DNA of 64,000 nt, from positions 9,858,001 to 9,922,000 of the forward strand of contig CP075492.1 in assembly GCA_021613535.1 (NCBI GenBank), given 5' to 3'. Below, piece after piece: positions 1-14,534 of the stretch. The stretch's first letter is position 1, and each line of letters opens with the position of its first letter. The stretch comes from Adineta vaga (Eukaryota > Animalia > Rotifera). A program made the position numbers and the translations under genes. The notes beneath the pieces are model-generated. The model was not told the origin of the DNA. It saw only the letters and a program-made list of their open reading frames with translations, and made no database searches.

Positions 1-552
1 TTTCTTTTCACAAAAACCTATTGAATTTTAGGTAATAGCCATGTTTATTGATCTACTGTAAGAGGTATATTTACGATTGCTGTCAATGCAAATTTGATTT
101 TTCATCAATATAATTGTATATGTGGTTTACGATTGGATACTATAGACAGAAAAACAAGAAACGCAAAAGACGCCATTTGAAACCCTTTTTTTCCTCTTTT
201 TACGTTTACCTAAGGCAGAGCAAAAATAGGTTTTTATCTATACAGCGTATAGGGTTTATGGTTCTTTATGTTATGTTTATTTAATCATCAATAAAAACGT
301 TTTCATTGAAAACCAAATTCGATCATTTAGGTAAAACCTATAATAATAGTTTACGAAATGAAAGATAAAAACATCATAGGTATAAAAATATATTTAATGA
401 TGCGTCTAGCATACGAAAAAAAATAAAAAATTTTTGTTTTGAAACAGTAACAATTTTGACAAAAAAACTACAGAATACGGGCCCGCCCATTTAGTATAAA
501 ATACATCTGTAAGATTCAATGTAAAAATATACAAAACAGAGGTTTAAGTCAA

Positions 553-1364
553 TTAATAGACTGGCCACCAAGTGACACCGAAGCCAGATTTAGGTCCAAA
601 TCGAAATGTGAAACGGCCAGCATTGGGTTGCATTATTCCACTACCATAATAGTAACGTAGTGCCCTTGCTACTTTATCATAAGTCATTTCTAAAGACGAA
701 AAAGAGAACAAAAATAAAATATTGAAATTCATTTTTTGAAATCTATGAACTTACCATTATCAGTGTTTCGTCCTTTGGCTTGTTTCCATAGTTCAGCAAT
801 CTCATTTGGTTTATTTAATTTGAAAATACCTTGTTTACGATCAACAAATTGAATGACATGTTCATATTCTTCATCTTCTAATAATAATCGAAGAAATTCA
901 TGTAAATATGGACGACGATCTTTGCCTGTTGCATGATCATGAATGAGAAAACCTTTCGTACATTTACGATTGAAATAATTTGGTGAATTAGGTGGTGAGC
1001 TGTGATATTGTGGAGTGTGATACATTTCTGTTGTTGACGTTGATACAGATAGATTTGGAATGTGTGGTATGACACTTGAGCTCTCGAGGAGATATGTTCC
1101 GATATCATTATCATCGTGATATGTGCTATCCATTGAAAATTCACTATCATCTTGAAATGCTTCTGCAGCTTTTCTATCATCAGATAATGGATCGAATAAG
1201 TCTGGATTCTGTCGATGACCTGATGAGAATTCAGTCATATCGAAATCGGGTGAATTCAATAGAGCATCAGAACATCTGTATCTCAGATCATCATCTGTTA
1301 GCGTTGCTGGAAGATAGTCATCGAATACATGTGCTGGTGGAGAAAAATCTTCAGATCGAAACAT
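553..1364 (-). CDS. ETS-domain transcription factor (2 exons, intron ~690-754)
   Basis: ORF 729-1364 gives LHEFLRLLL...IFKL...IAELW..K; spliced exon 2 (689-553) reads EMTYDKVARALRYYY...RFTFRF, the ETS recognition helix RxxRYY. Confidence 0.93.
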
Positions 1365-4300
1365 TGTGGTGCGTGTAAAGAGTGGTTCGAAAGTTCGTTT
1401 TCAATATGTTCCTTATTTCATTCTTTATATAGGAGGAGGTGCATGTCTATGATTTTTTCGTTCTTTTTCGGTGAAAAAGCAAAAAAAAAGAATAAACCAA
1501 GCATGCACATGCGTCATATGATTTTCAATCTTTTTCTATTCGTCTGCTATCATAAGATTGTTTTGGAGATATGTAGCTAGGTCACACATGATTGAAAACT
1601 GGATTCTTTTCGTATTCACTTAGGAAAATGAGTAAGAAAGTTGGGAAAATTTTCATCGATTGCATGAGCACTTCAGTTGTAATTACAATATTTCAACAGA
1701 AAGAAACCAACATTTTTCGTTTTCATATTGAGAAAATGTCAGCAACGTCATCGTTGGGCTGAACTCAAATACTAGTCTTATTATCAAATAGATCACATTA
1801 CAGTGATGGTTTTTTTTTCAATTTAGCTCTACGATGAGTCATTAAAACGATCATTTCATAGCTGAGATGAGGTAGTCCATTATGTTTATTTTGTAATATT
1901 TTGCAATTCGGCTATTCAGTATTAAAAAAATGTTTTTTCGTCCTATGACAATATAATCATAGAATAGCAAAATCATGTACAGATTTTAAATGTCACACTA
2001 AAGAAAAAAACATGTCTGCTAGCAAGTAGAAGAGTACTTAAAATATAAAGGTGAGGACAGTGTTTTTTCTTCTCGTTCGTTTACGAATGTTGTCAGACAA
2101 CGATTCAATGCACCTGACTCATTCAGTATTTACATGATATTCAAAAACGTTTCAGTTGGAAAAATCCAATGTCTTTTGATACTATTTTTTCCAAGTAACT
2201 ACTAAATAATAAACTAGAAATTACTAATAATCATTGTTCTTAGTGATCTATCAATTATCAAACATTTAAAAATATCAATAGTTGGATATTTCCAATTCGA
2301 AAACTAGATTTCATTCATTGATATTCATATATATATATATCAGTTGCTATGCATGATATAATGAAATTGTAAAACAAAAATCAAGAAGGTTACTCATCGA
2401 TAAAAATAATGTAGCCAACAAAACTTTCCAACTTAATCATGTCAATTGTTTTGTGTGTTTTTTAAAAGTATCAAGGACACTTATGGCTGATAAAATCTTT
2501 TATAGTATTCAAAACAAAGCACTCATTCAATAAACTACGTCTGTTTTATTAAAATAGAAGCACATATTGTTGATCTCTAGTTGGCAATGGTGAAAAATAT
2601 AACTGATAAAATTCATTTTGAATTTACTAATGGCATTTAATAAGTTTTATTTTTAGTCTACAATAATAAAGAGTAGGATCAAGGTTGATGTCAAAACGTT
2701 GCTGCTGTTTAGACATGCATTATTTGACATGATCAACTAGGACTTAAACTAAAAAAAAATTAATTTTATTATATTTGACATCTTTTAACCTATTGAATGT
2801 AAACCTGAAGCGATGTTGGGGAAGTTTTTTTTCCTATATATTATATGTGTAATTAATTCGTTTATTTTTACATAACAGTTAAAGTTAGAAAAGATTCATA
2901 ATATATTCATCGACATTCATACTTACTTAAATATTTATCGATTGAAACTATTCATTATAAAAATAAGTTTAAATGTTTAGATTTAGATGGATAACAAAAG
3001 AGTCAATCCAATCTTTCTAAAAATAAAGGCTTTTATATATAAGAAGATCAAATGGTAGTAATAGTAGCATGAAATACATGAATTACTTTTGTTAAAATCA
3101 AGCGAAAATGAACTGATTCGTGATTTCACATAACGAAATCAGTTTTAGTATTTATTCGAAATCTAACAGTAAGTCGATCTAATCAAACTAAGTAGAAGAA
3201 ATCAATGAGGTACTTGTGCTCTTATGCTTAGGTTTCTTTCGAGTTACGATAGTTTTCACTGATTTCTCGTTGTAAAACATATATTGATGGATAATATTGT
3301 TCGATATCATAAAATTCGTCTATTTAGTTTGGAACTATGTTTTTGTTTTGAATTCGAAATGATTTCACTCAATGAATATTTTATTTGAGTGCCAACAGTT
3401 AATGGATTTATCTACGCAACGCGATACTTCGCTGATCAAGTTTTGAAATTTGTTTTTTCGATGCAGTTTTTCACGCTAGTTACGAATCTGCCACTCATTT
3501 GGCGGACGAACCACTTTTTGTTCTTAGAAATTCAGTTTTAAACTTTTGAGGTAAAACATTTTTCATTTTTGTAGTTATTAGGCGATCCATAGACTCTCAC
3601 ACATTTTTCGACTTGCGAGCTTCCATATTGATGTATCAATCTGATTTTCTAGTAGCATGCTGGTCTACACTGAAGAACCAGCACCTTAAAATATGAGATC
3701 ATTCTGAGTATTTGGAATGCTTCAAAATTGGTCAACAAAAAACGGTGTCACATCGTTATGTTTGAACAAGCCGTAATATATGATCAATTAGTTCCATAGT
3801 AATGTTTAGCTATGACTAAATGTATGTGTTGATACGTTTATTTTTTTATTTAACTATTTAATATTCATTTGAAGAATAATGAAAACAGAACGAACCTTTT
3901 TTGAACGTTCGGAAGTTAAATACATTTTCCATTCGAAGCAATGTCGATAATTAAGCACAAGAGAGTTTCTTTTCTACAAGATTTTTGTTAGAAATAATCG
4001 CTAAAATATGCACAGAACTTATCTCCGCTGTTCTGTCACATTTATTCGAAACAATTTTAAAACCTGCTGTTAAAATAGCACATGTACTGAAATATTTCCG
4101 CGAAGACCTAACATAATATCTCACGCATTGATCTCTTCATGTCAAGTAAACCATTGAATATATATATAAATTTATTTTCCATCAATAGAATGTATCTATA
4201 ATTATTTGTTCCTGTTCTCATAATTACGTGTCGTCTGAATCTTTTCAATTACTAGAATTTTTCGGTCATCAACTCAGTATTCTTTTAATTTTAATTATTA

Positions 4301-4533
4301 TTCATCAATCCTCCTAGATATACGATTTCTAAAGGTTAATAACATTCTTTATATTCCTTTATGAATGTACAATTAATGACACAAGTATGTTTTTGTCTAA
4401 AAGCATATATTTATTCACACATACTGAAATAAAAAGAATCGAAAACAAAAGAAAAAGTTAGTCTACAACAATGAGTCGTACAAAAGAACTCGAACGAATG
4501 AAAATTAAAAAAAATATGTTTTATATGTGTATA

Positions 4534-7043
4534 TCAGAAATCCGAGTCCATTACTAGAACAAAATCAACGATTAAATTTTAAAGATTTTCTTCGTTCTTT
4601 TGCTAAGAAACTTACTGTCTTGTGTAACAGAACCGCATTGCTTCTCTTGTAATTCATTTAATGATGGTAAAAGAGTCAAAAGCTATTTAAAAGAAAAATT
4701 CCAATGGTTTTACACATCAATTGATATGTTATGAATGTTTTTACCTGTAATAAACTTCGAAATACTGTTCTTGCTTCATTTTGTGATCGTGTTGTTAGCA
4801 TTTGAGTATATAATGAGTATAAATAACAACATTGAATACGTTGCACAATTTCTTGATCATCTAGAGTGTCATCTAGAATTGATTTTTTAATTCGTATTGA
4901 TTTTATTGTAAAAACAAATGTTTTTTTTTACCTTTGGCACAAATAACAACTGGAAAAACTAATGCATATTCCTCTTGAGTTAAATTCAAAGCATTAAATT
5001 TATTGGCAAATGTAAACATGGCTTCAACCATATCTTCTCCAATAATTTTATCCATCCATTGTCGAGTATATTGTAGACCATTAGGTAGCATGATATACGA
5101 TTCATTTTGACGAATCAATGGCGCATGTTTTATCTAAAAGTAAAAAAATACATTCGATGAAATCAAAATAGATTTCGTTTTCTTACCAGCCAAAAGTCAA
5201 TTAAACGATTGTTCATGATTTTATGAAAGTCATCTTGATCAATTTCATTAATTGCTGGCATCTAAAATGATAAAACAATTCTTATAATGGAAAAAATTCT
5301 ATTTAAGAAAGTGTTTTTCTCTTGAATTCTGTTGAAAGATATGAGAAAAATTCCTAGATGAGTGTTACATACCTGTCGAGCAAATGTAATGAGATTTTTC
5401 ACGTGAGATGGAATTGCATCTAAGAATGAATAATTTCCTTTAAATCAAGTTCATGGTAATATTTTATATGTACCTGATAGTCCTGTCAATATATCTTGTA
5501 AAGATGATCGATCACCGGGAAAATCTTTTATCTAGTTATGATGAATAATTGCAATGATAAATCAGATTCTTTTTCAAATTTATTTGTTTTACCTTTCGAC
5601 TAATCAATGTATTCATTCGTTCAATTAATTGTCGTGTACAACTATTATGTGTATTGCATAGATCAATCACTTTTCGTCGAAGATATCGAATAAATAACGA
5701 ATTTTCATGACCAAGATCTATCGATGTCATTGGTTGAGAAAGTTTTTCTGCAAGGTTTTGTATACGATGAAGTGCTCTATCGAAATAATGTGCACCACTA
5801 TGGGTTGCGTAATCATTTGAACGTGAACAATTCGAATCATATTGACTGGCTTCATCTAAGGTGAAATGTTCGTATAATGCATGTTTTATTGATGACCCTG
5901 AAGCGGATGATGATTTATCCAATAGTAATGATTCGAATTCATCAAGCATATCTTGCTCATCAATTAATTCTAATTCTAATTCCGCAGATGTGAAATGACT
6001 CGAATTTGAATCGAGAGATTGTATATATGGTGATAATGATGATGCTAATGAGGAAGTTGGATCGTCATTTTCACTACTTGATATGGATAAGCGATATTCT
6101 GCAAGGGCCTTTTCTTTTACTAATTTTGGAATTCGACCCATTCGTACGCCTAGAAAAACAATTAATGTAAATAAAAACAGGAAAAAAAAGAAATATTTTT
6201 TTGTTTACATACCTTCAACAGACATGCCTTCGCTGAGACATTTTCGAAATCGACACGATTTACAACGATTACGATTATCAGTGTTAATAATACAACCATC
6301 ACCAAAATAGCAACGATATTTTTCTTTACGTAAAATACTTCGTTTAAAGAAGCCCTAGAAAACAAAAGCATATCAATAAGTTTTATTTAAGAAAACGCAA
6401 GAAGTACTTTCAAAAACCTATTATTTTTAAGTTAAAATTACGGAAGAAATCTTACACAAAATCGTTCTTTTCTTTTCTAATTTTTAGAACTTTAGTAATT
6501 ATCTACTTATACATATATAAGAATCTAACTATCCGTAAAGGTCACGTTGACCTTCAACTTGTCATTAGAGATAAATAAAACGTTTTAATAATGTATTTTC
6601 TTTCTAGATATATTTTTTCATTATTTAAAATTTACCTTGCATCCTTCACATGTTGGCACTCCATAATGTGCACCTGTTGCTTTATCCATACAAACTCGGC
6701 TGAAAAAGAACAAAACATTTTTAAAATAGACTTGAAAAGAAAAAGTATAATTACCATTGTCCAAATGGGAAAGGTTGTTTGTCAAGTAAAGATTGTTGTT
6801 TTGTATTCGTTGATGAAAAATCTTGTTCCAGAGATTTGTCACGTGCTATTTCATCGAGTGGCGATTTATTAGTTGATCGAACTCGAGATGATCGACGTTT
6901 TTCGATTGAATATTCATCACTATTGATTGATAGATTATCAGATGATGATCTGTTGGTATTGCTATCGTTGGTTACTTTTTAAAAAAATCAAATAAAACTT
7001 TGAATTCCTAGTTTGATATTTTCAATCACTTACCTTCATTCAT
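4534..7043 (-). CDS. Nuclear hormone receptor, NR1 group (E75/Rev-erb/E78-like), multi-exon
   Basis: Spliced C4 zinc fingers [28 protein letters not shown]...CYFGDGC...RNRCKSCRFRKC, C-terminal extension GRIPK, LBD segments ITFARQMPAI..IDQDD, FTFANKFNALNLTQEEYAL, LLPSLNELQ. Confidence 0.93.
6539..6553. promoter_or_regulatory. Perfect IR3 nuclear-receptor response element (AGGTCA-cgt-TGACCT) in an intron of the NR gene
   Basis: Exact consensus palindrome read at 6539-6553 within the ~280 nt intron that splits the DBD; function untested. Confidence 0.5.
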
Positions 7044-7900
7044 TAATCTGTACATAATAATGCTTTTTCTGTTTGGTTAAATCGACTTTTCAATAAATAT
7101 TCATCAATTGATAAGAGCCTATTTAATACGAATAATGATTATAAATACAATAAGAATAGGTAATAAATTGATTGATATTTATACGTTGGATGTGACAAAA
7201 ATCGAGTTAGATAGAGAAAAGCATTCAAGCACAAAATGCCCTATGTCACAGTACCTTTTCTCTGTCCTATGTTGTTAATCAGTGAGTCTACTCACCTTCA
7301 ATAGAAGTTTATTGTGCTCCTTGATTTATTCAATTATACTGGTCACTTGGATTCTAAAATAAATAGACGCCTGTAACTCGATGATGATATAGCAGAAAAA
7401 AAATAATCGACAACATTGTCACTATGTGCAAGTAAAGCAGTATTTGTGTGTGTGTGCGTTAGTGCTATTTTCAATGGAAGAAAAGGCAAAAAACGCAACG
7501 GTCTTTTGAGAGCAATAGTAAGAATAGCAATATACAGAAAGAAGAAATTACTTGCATTTGTATATGATCTACGTCATCCGTCGACAAAGTCTTTGACAAA
7601 CAAAAACAAGAGAAAAAAGAAAAGAAATGTAGAGCATCGTTTTCGACCTTGTACGTCATGAAAAACACATGACTTTGGAGGGAGTGGTTGCGTTGGTTAT
7701 GATAACAAAACTTGCTTTCTCCCAGATCGTTGGCTGGTTAAACCTACAAATTCTTCTTTCTCTGCCGAGAAACAAGAAAGAAAAAGCGCTTTTATTTTTT
7801 TCCTTTCGCAGAACGAACAAAAATGATCTTTTGCCTTTTTATTTATTTGAAAAAGAAGAACAAGAAGAAGAAGAAGAAAAAAACATATTCAAATATATGA

Positions 7901-9101
7901 TTACAATTGAGGAAAATGATGTGCAGTAAAATCGCCCACTTTATTGCCATCTTTATCATAGTGACATGTTTTAAAGCACCGTTCACATAATAAACATGGA
8001 TCATCAGGTATTAAAGATGAATTATGTATTAACCATTTTGCATAAAAAACATTACATAGAAAACAATAGGAAAATCTTCCATGATACTTCATTCGACATA
8101 ATGGATAAAGACTAAAAGAAAAGAAACTCAATATTTAAATAAAATAACAGGATATATTCTTACGTTTCATCATGACATTGATCTTGTTCAAGTAATTTCA
8201 ATTCACTAAAGACAATAACATGTTCGCAATTTGTTTGATGTAGATAGATATAAGGTTTGCCAAGTTGAATGGTTTTCAAATCATTTAAAGTTGTCATTTC
8301 CATTTTATTACCTTGTGTATAAGTTGAACCTGTTTGTTCAAGAATTTTTTCACTTAAACGTATATTTGTTCGACGTAAATCATCATAAATAATTGATTCA
8401 ATAATAAAACAGGCAGCAGTATTAATATCACCTGCTCGTTGTCCATTTGTTTTAATATCATCTGGATTTTGTGAATATTCTCCAAGAATTTGTTCATCAC
8501 TAACACATTCAATAGTATCACGAATTTGTGCTAATGTTAAGGTCGATAAACAAATCAATTCATTCATTAATTGATGACGATAACGATCACGAGATTCAAT
8601 TGGAAAAAAAATTTGTAAATTTAAAATTAAACGATCATCATGAAAATTTGGTTGCACTTGATTACACTCACGAATATTTTTTAAAAATGCCGTATCATGT
8701 GACGCATGTGGACGAGATTGACTAAATTCTCTGTAAAGATATTCAATACAAGCAGGATAGGATTTTAAATTATTAACAATTGATGGATCTAGTTTCTTTT
8801 TTTTTCGTCTTGTACGCCATGTACTTGAGGTTGCTTCGTCTTCTTCTTCATCATTATTACCATCAACATCTTCTTCGATCTCATTTTCTACTCGTGTTGT
8901 TTCATCTTGTTGTTCGAGATGACGATAATCACTTAATGTTTTAGATAAATTAATCAACGAATCAAGGTTATGTTGATCCTGAGAATAGGATGACTTTAAT
9001 ATTGTCAAACGTTCTTTGATATTTTTTGCGTCTTCTATAAATTTTGTCACATCGATTGGCAATGATATAAATTCACGAAGTCGATCGTTATCATTTGACA
9101 T
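7901..9101 (-). CDS. SNAPC3: snRNA-activating protein complex subunit 3 (SNAP50)
   Basis: LGKPYIYLHQTNCEH motif and C-terminal CxxC...PDDPCLLCERCFKTCHYDKDGNK zinc domain; one intron ~8111-8163. Confidence 0.92.
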
Positions 9102-9156
9102 TATCTAAAATAGATACAGTAACGTGTATGATAAATAGTCTATGTGTCTGTATATA

Positions 9157-9184
9157 ATAAATAAATAAATAAATAAATAAATAA
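9157..9184 (+). repeat. (AAAT)n microsatellite
   Basis: Tandem ataa units upstream of SNAPC3. Confidence 0.8.
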
Positions 9185-10101
9185 CGATTATAAGTGACAG
9201 ATTCAATCAGTATTTAACTATTTAATAGGTAAAAAAACATCCGTCACGGTTATTGTGTCGGAGATATTTATTGACAATAATCGATGGTAAATTATTTTCA
9301 AGGCAATTATAAGTAAGTAAATAAAAAAAGAAGAGATGCTTTGGGTACATGTTGACCGAACTAATCGAACATTGACTTTACGTTGATTGATCATTATGAA
9401 TTTGATAATGTCATGTATAAGGCTATGGTGACAAAAAAGAACGGCTATCTCAACCTTGAAATGTATTTTATGGTTCTTTGAATAGTAAGAAAAAAGTAAA
9501 TTCATACGAAATGTCTGGTATAATAATTTCCAAGACATTTTTCATATTATTACTTATTATCTGGATACAAAAATCTCTTGTTTCGTTACAGAGTGCATTC
9601 TATTGAAAAAGTAAAATTTCTATGGTTTGTAAGCTGCGAACAAAGTCATATTTCTCAGGCAAAATCTTTGATTAATAAAGAGAACCCGCGTGGAAATTGT
9701 AAGTTTCTCATTGAAACAGATATTCAGTACTTTTGTACACAAATATTGTCTTTTATATGTATATATATAATGTGTAACTTTTTCATAAGAATAAACAACA
9801 AAATGAAAGATACACAAAAGAAAGAAGAACATATTGATACAGAAGAGACAAAGGTTTATTTGTTTTGTGGAAAGAATAACCAGAAAAAGAAGAAGAAAAA
9901 AAGGAGAAAGAGAAATAAACAAAAAGTTCCGCTGTTCTCGAATTGGCCAGCAAAAAAAACCTAACGGTGTTAATACATTTCTTCTTATCTGACAGATAGA
10001 AAAAAAAACGAACCGAATCCTGTCGAACAAATTCGCACATAAGGAATGAAACTTTTATTGTGCATGCTAATACACAGTCTTGTAAAAGATGAACAAATAT
10101 T

Positions 10102-12051
10102 CTATAAAAGTTTATCATCTTCTCGTTCTTTAATATGCTGTTGACACCGGAGAAGTCTAAAAATGATGAAATAGACTTTGAAAAAAAAACAGTCCGAAAG
10201 AGATATTTATTTTTTACCTTTGTGTTAAAATACTTCGTTTGATTTCTAAGATGCGAAAGTTCGATTTTAATGCTTTAAGTTCAATAAATCCTGTGGACAT
10301 TTTAGCACTATAACCATAATAATCATCGAAAAGTTTTAAACACTAAATAGAAAATGAATAAACAATGATTAATTAGATGATATTTTACCTGTTTTTCTAA
10401 TTGAGTTGATTGCCAATCAGTTAAATGTTGAATTAATTCACTTCGATAATATTTTTGAATTTCTTGATCACGTTCAGCTTTTGATATGGAAGGAGTGGAG
10501 GGTTCAATTTCCGAACTAAACAACATAATAATGATAAAGTTTCAAAAGAAAAATTTAACTCACGTTTGATCTATTTTTGTTGTCGACGGAAGAATTGAAC
10601 GAGTCGTGGAATTTTTTATATCAGTTCCTACAAAAATTTTCTTATCTTATTGAACACACACACATATATATATATGCAAAGATATATCATACCATTTGAA
10701 GGAGGAGGATCTTTTTCAAGTAATTTATTCGGTATATCAGACATAGGAGTAGCAACCGAAATAGCTAGAAATAAGAGAGAAAGAGAATAGGATCATAAAC
10801 AACTATATTATCTTTCAATATTGAATACATCTAACAACATTGAGAGATAGCAATGCTTTGCTCCTTACCAGGTTCAGATAATGATGAATGTAAAACACTG
10901 CCATTTCGATCAGAGATCGACATAGTTGTTGATTCTCTACTATTCGTCGACGAAAATGACATTCGAGAACTATCATCACCTAGAAAATAAATCACAATGA
11001 TAAAATCTGTTTGCCTAGAAAAATTTGATTACTTGGACTAGGAAGACGATTATTCGACGAAATATTTAAATGTTCATTAGATTGCAACGAATCTTGATTG
11101 AAATTATTTGTTGAGTGAGAATGTTGATCACCATTATGATGATTTTTACTAGTTGAACGGGAATTACGTGATGATGATTCTTCCACCTTATATCGAGAAC
11201 GAACTGTGGATGAATTGGTGATATTAGTTGATTCTAAATTGAAAAGAAAAGTATATAAATAAAGATTCGATGAAATTTAAACCTTTTTTCGTTCGATCAT
11301 TGGGATTCGAAGTTGAACTTGATCGTGTTGATGAAGATGTTGTTCTGAATAAGAGGAATACCGATTAGATTAATAGTAAAACTATTAAGTTAACTTACTC
11401 ATCTGTCGTCCAACCTTTCGGTTTTTCCCATTGTGATATTTCAGTTTTGGAATTGTAGAAGTAAGTTTTGCCTTCAAGAAAAATACATATTAAGATTCTA
11501 ATGTTCATAATTGAATTGATATGAATATTACCTGTAGAACTTTTGAATTCAGACCAATCACCCCAGATACGAAGCGGCTTTTTAGCCTAAGCAATCAAAT
11601 AAAACTATAGGATCGAAAAGTTCATATGTACATACGTCTTTGACTGATTTTTTATCTTTGTCACCATTTTGACGTTGCTGCTGAGAGGACGACGACGATG
11701 GTACAGTTCGATTATTAGAAGAAGCTATATAAACAAAGATTTTCTAATGAATATATCATTGTCAAAAATGATTTACCTTGTGTTCGAATATATTTTCGAT
11801 GATTGGATGAATCGTCGTTGCATCCATGTGATTGTAAATTCCACTCTCGTTTTGATGACTAAAATAAATATGTAAAAAACGAATTGATAAAGAAATATTA
11901 ATACGATTTGACTACTAACTGAATAGCCGCTCCCGTCTTTCCGGCTTTCATACAGACTAAAAGAATACACAAGAAAAATTAATTTTATTGAGAAAGAATT
12001 TGAATAAGAAAACTTTTACCCATCCGTTGTTCTATGTTTGCTACCATACAT
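10102..12051 (-). CDS. WAC: WW domain-containing adaptor with coiled-coil
   Basis: N-terminus MYGSKHRTTDG, WW domain [28 protein letters not shown], C-terminal coiled coil YYRSELIQHLTDWQSTQLEKQ...ELKALKSNFRILEIKRSILTQRL. Confidence 0.88.
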
Positions 12052-14534
12052 CGCCGATACTCAACAGCAAGTGCATTTGGATCGTGGCAAAACTGTATGG
12101 CACACGAAACAAATGAGCACAGACAAATAAAACAACTATAAAAGCAATGAAATATCGATTGAATATAACAAAATAATTGTGGTTTTTTTTACTCGACGAT
12201 GGATGAATGTATGAATTATGAACTGAATTGAATAATTATAGATTAGAGAAAGAAAAAAATCTATTTTATTATCTTACCTAATAGACGACAAAAAAAGATT
12301 TATAAATTAATAGGAAACTTTTCTTTTATCATATTCTTTTGACTATATTTTTTTGCGGATACAAGTAAACAAAATCTAGAAATGTATGAGAGCAAGATTC
12401 ATAGAAATATTGTTATTTAAAACAGCCAAAAAATTGAAAATAATGTTTATCATATATGTTTCATGACATTGACAAAAAGAAAAGAAACTTACCGTCTTTC
12501 ATCGTTGAATCACTTGCTTATTTATAAATGAAAGAATTCGTCAACACATCTATGCACTTTGCAGAAATGTAGAGGATAATGTTAGTGCAACGGTAAAAAG
12601 AAAAAATGGTATTCAAGCAAGAATTTTTCATTGAATTCAATGACGATAATTCACTATTCATCAACTTACATCTATCTTCTTGTTAATAAATTCAATTTAA
12701 TAATGGCGACCTTGTATCAGATGGCACAAATGTTACTATCAACACGAAATCTTCGAGTAGTATATTGGGAAGTATTATTTCTTCTGTAAAAGAATGATCT
12801 ATTAGAAATATCCTTTGAATATTACTGTACAAATATTAGATCTATATAATTATACCAATTGACTTTCAATAACCTAATAAGTGCCATTATAATTAAAAAA
12901 AGTTATCATAATCTGTCGACTTGGTGACATAGAACTGAGATATTCTGATGATTGACATGTTACAACAGTTTGTAAGATTCTACTAATGGAAATCTTTCGT
13001 TTTTCTGTCGACACATTGACATTTTGATGGTAAATAAGTTCGAGACGAACTTATCAGATACAACACAAACTAATGTTCTATATCATACAATCGTATAAGC
13101 GACTTATTCAGATATTGCTCTTTATATAGAAAGATATCGACTTTGTTTGTATACATCATTAGAAACCAGAAGATAATTTGGAACATCAAGCCTTCAACAA
13201 CTTAAAATGATGATATATACTAATCATGAGTTGAGTTAGGCGAATCATTGTAGATTTTTTATTCGTTCTTGGCTAAATAGATGAATCGATTCTTTATATT
13301 TTTCAAAATTCATGATTATACATGATTTCTTGCTTTTTCAATACCTATACAAATTGACCTAAAAATAATCATAAAATTTCATCCTAGATTGTAAATAAAT
13401 CATTTTGTTGAAATAGACAATAACATCATTAATGGAAAATAAACAATAGGTAAGTATTATTTCAGTGAAAGAGAAAACATAAGTAGTTGAAATAATCAGA
13501 ACGCAAAGGTATACACTATGATGAATTACATGATCATCTATTTATAGATCATATTTATTATCAACGTTTATTCTCTCATCAAAAAAACATCAGAAGAAAA
13601 TCATCATATAACGTTACAGTATTTATCTGACTAGACTTTGAAGATATATTCTTTTCTAGTAACATGATGTTTCTTCTATTCACGATTGATCGCCTGTCAA
13701 CAAATAACGATAGGCAAATGATGAGTATGCAATGTAATCGAGCGAATAACGAATGAACTTGAACGATAATCGTTGGCGCATTCCAGTCAAACGATATAAT
13801 ATGTGTCTCATCATTCACACTATGAAAGCGCATGATTAAACACAAAGATGAACATTGATGTTATCATGCGTATCTCTCTCTCTCTCTCTCTGATAGATAT
13901 ATTTTGATCAATTGGACTGAACTACAACAATAACAACAATCAAATATATCTAATTGTCATTCAAAATGAAGAATTTCAAATCTTCATTCATCAATCAAAA
14001 ACTAATTTACTGACGAGAAACTATTCCGTAACGAACAGTTAAACAACATCAACAACAAGACAAAAAGCCTTTTGCCCTTTTAATTGACTGACAATGTAAA
14101 CAATATTTTGTGTGTACTTATTCGTCTGTTTAGAGAGAAAACAATACATTTCTAGATGGTGTAGTCTTTCGGAAGAATGTATAGCTATTATTCTTAATTG
14201 AATTGACAACAAGGCGTTGTCAATATAACAGACAAAGAAGAAACAAAATCACATTAGCCAATATTTGACACGAGTGATTATATATGTATATCTATACAGT
14301 TTTCTGACATATATATAAATACATATATATGTTTCGTTTATTCCTCATCTCATGAATGAACTAAAGCACCATGAACATAAAAAAAACGAAAAACAAGACC
14401 CTTCTAAAAGAAGAGAAAGAAAAAAAAGAAACATACTGTTTACACAAAAAAAAACGAAGTAGAAGAAAAAAGAAGAAGAAGAAATGGCTAATGTTTTCTC
14501 CTGGCATAGGGGAAAAAAAGGAAGACACAAGAAA

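Noticed and set aside
1-420. Recurring AAAACCTA/TAGGTTTT motifs suggestive of a MITE
   Set aside because: No clear TIR pair or TSD; truncated by the window edge
3400-3780. Slightly GC-richer segment with a mariner-like end (TACGGCTTGTTCAAA on the minus strand)
   Set aside because: No matching second terminus or transposase remnant found
9218-10118. Several 100-136 aa ORFs on both strands
   Set aside because: Low-complexity Phe/Lys-rich translations of the WAC 3'UTR and intergenic DNA
12500-13850. Coding-looking fragments (possible decayed gene)
   Set aside because: Multiple stops, no recognisable domain and no consistent splice model
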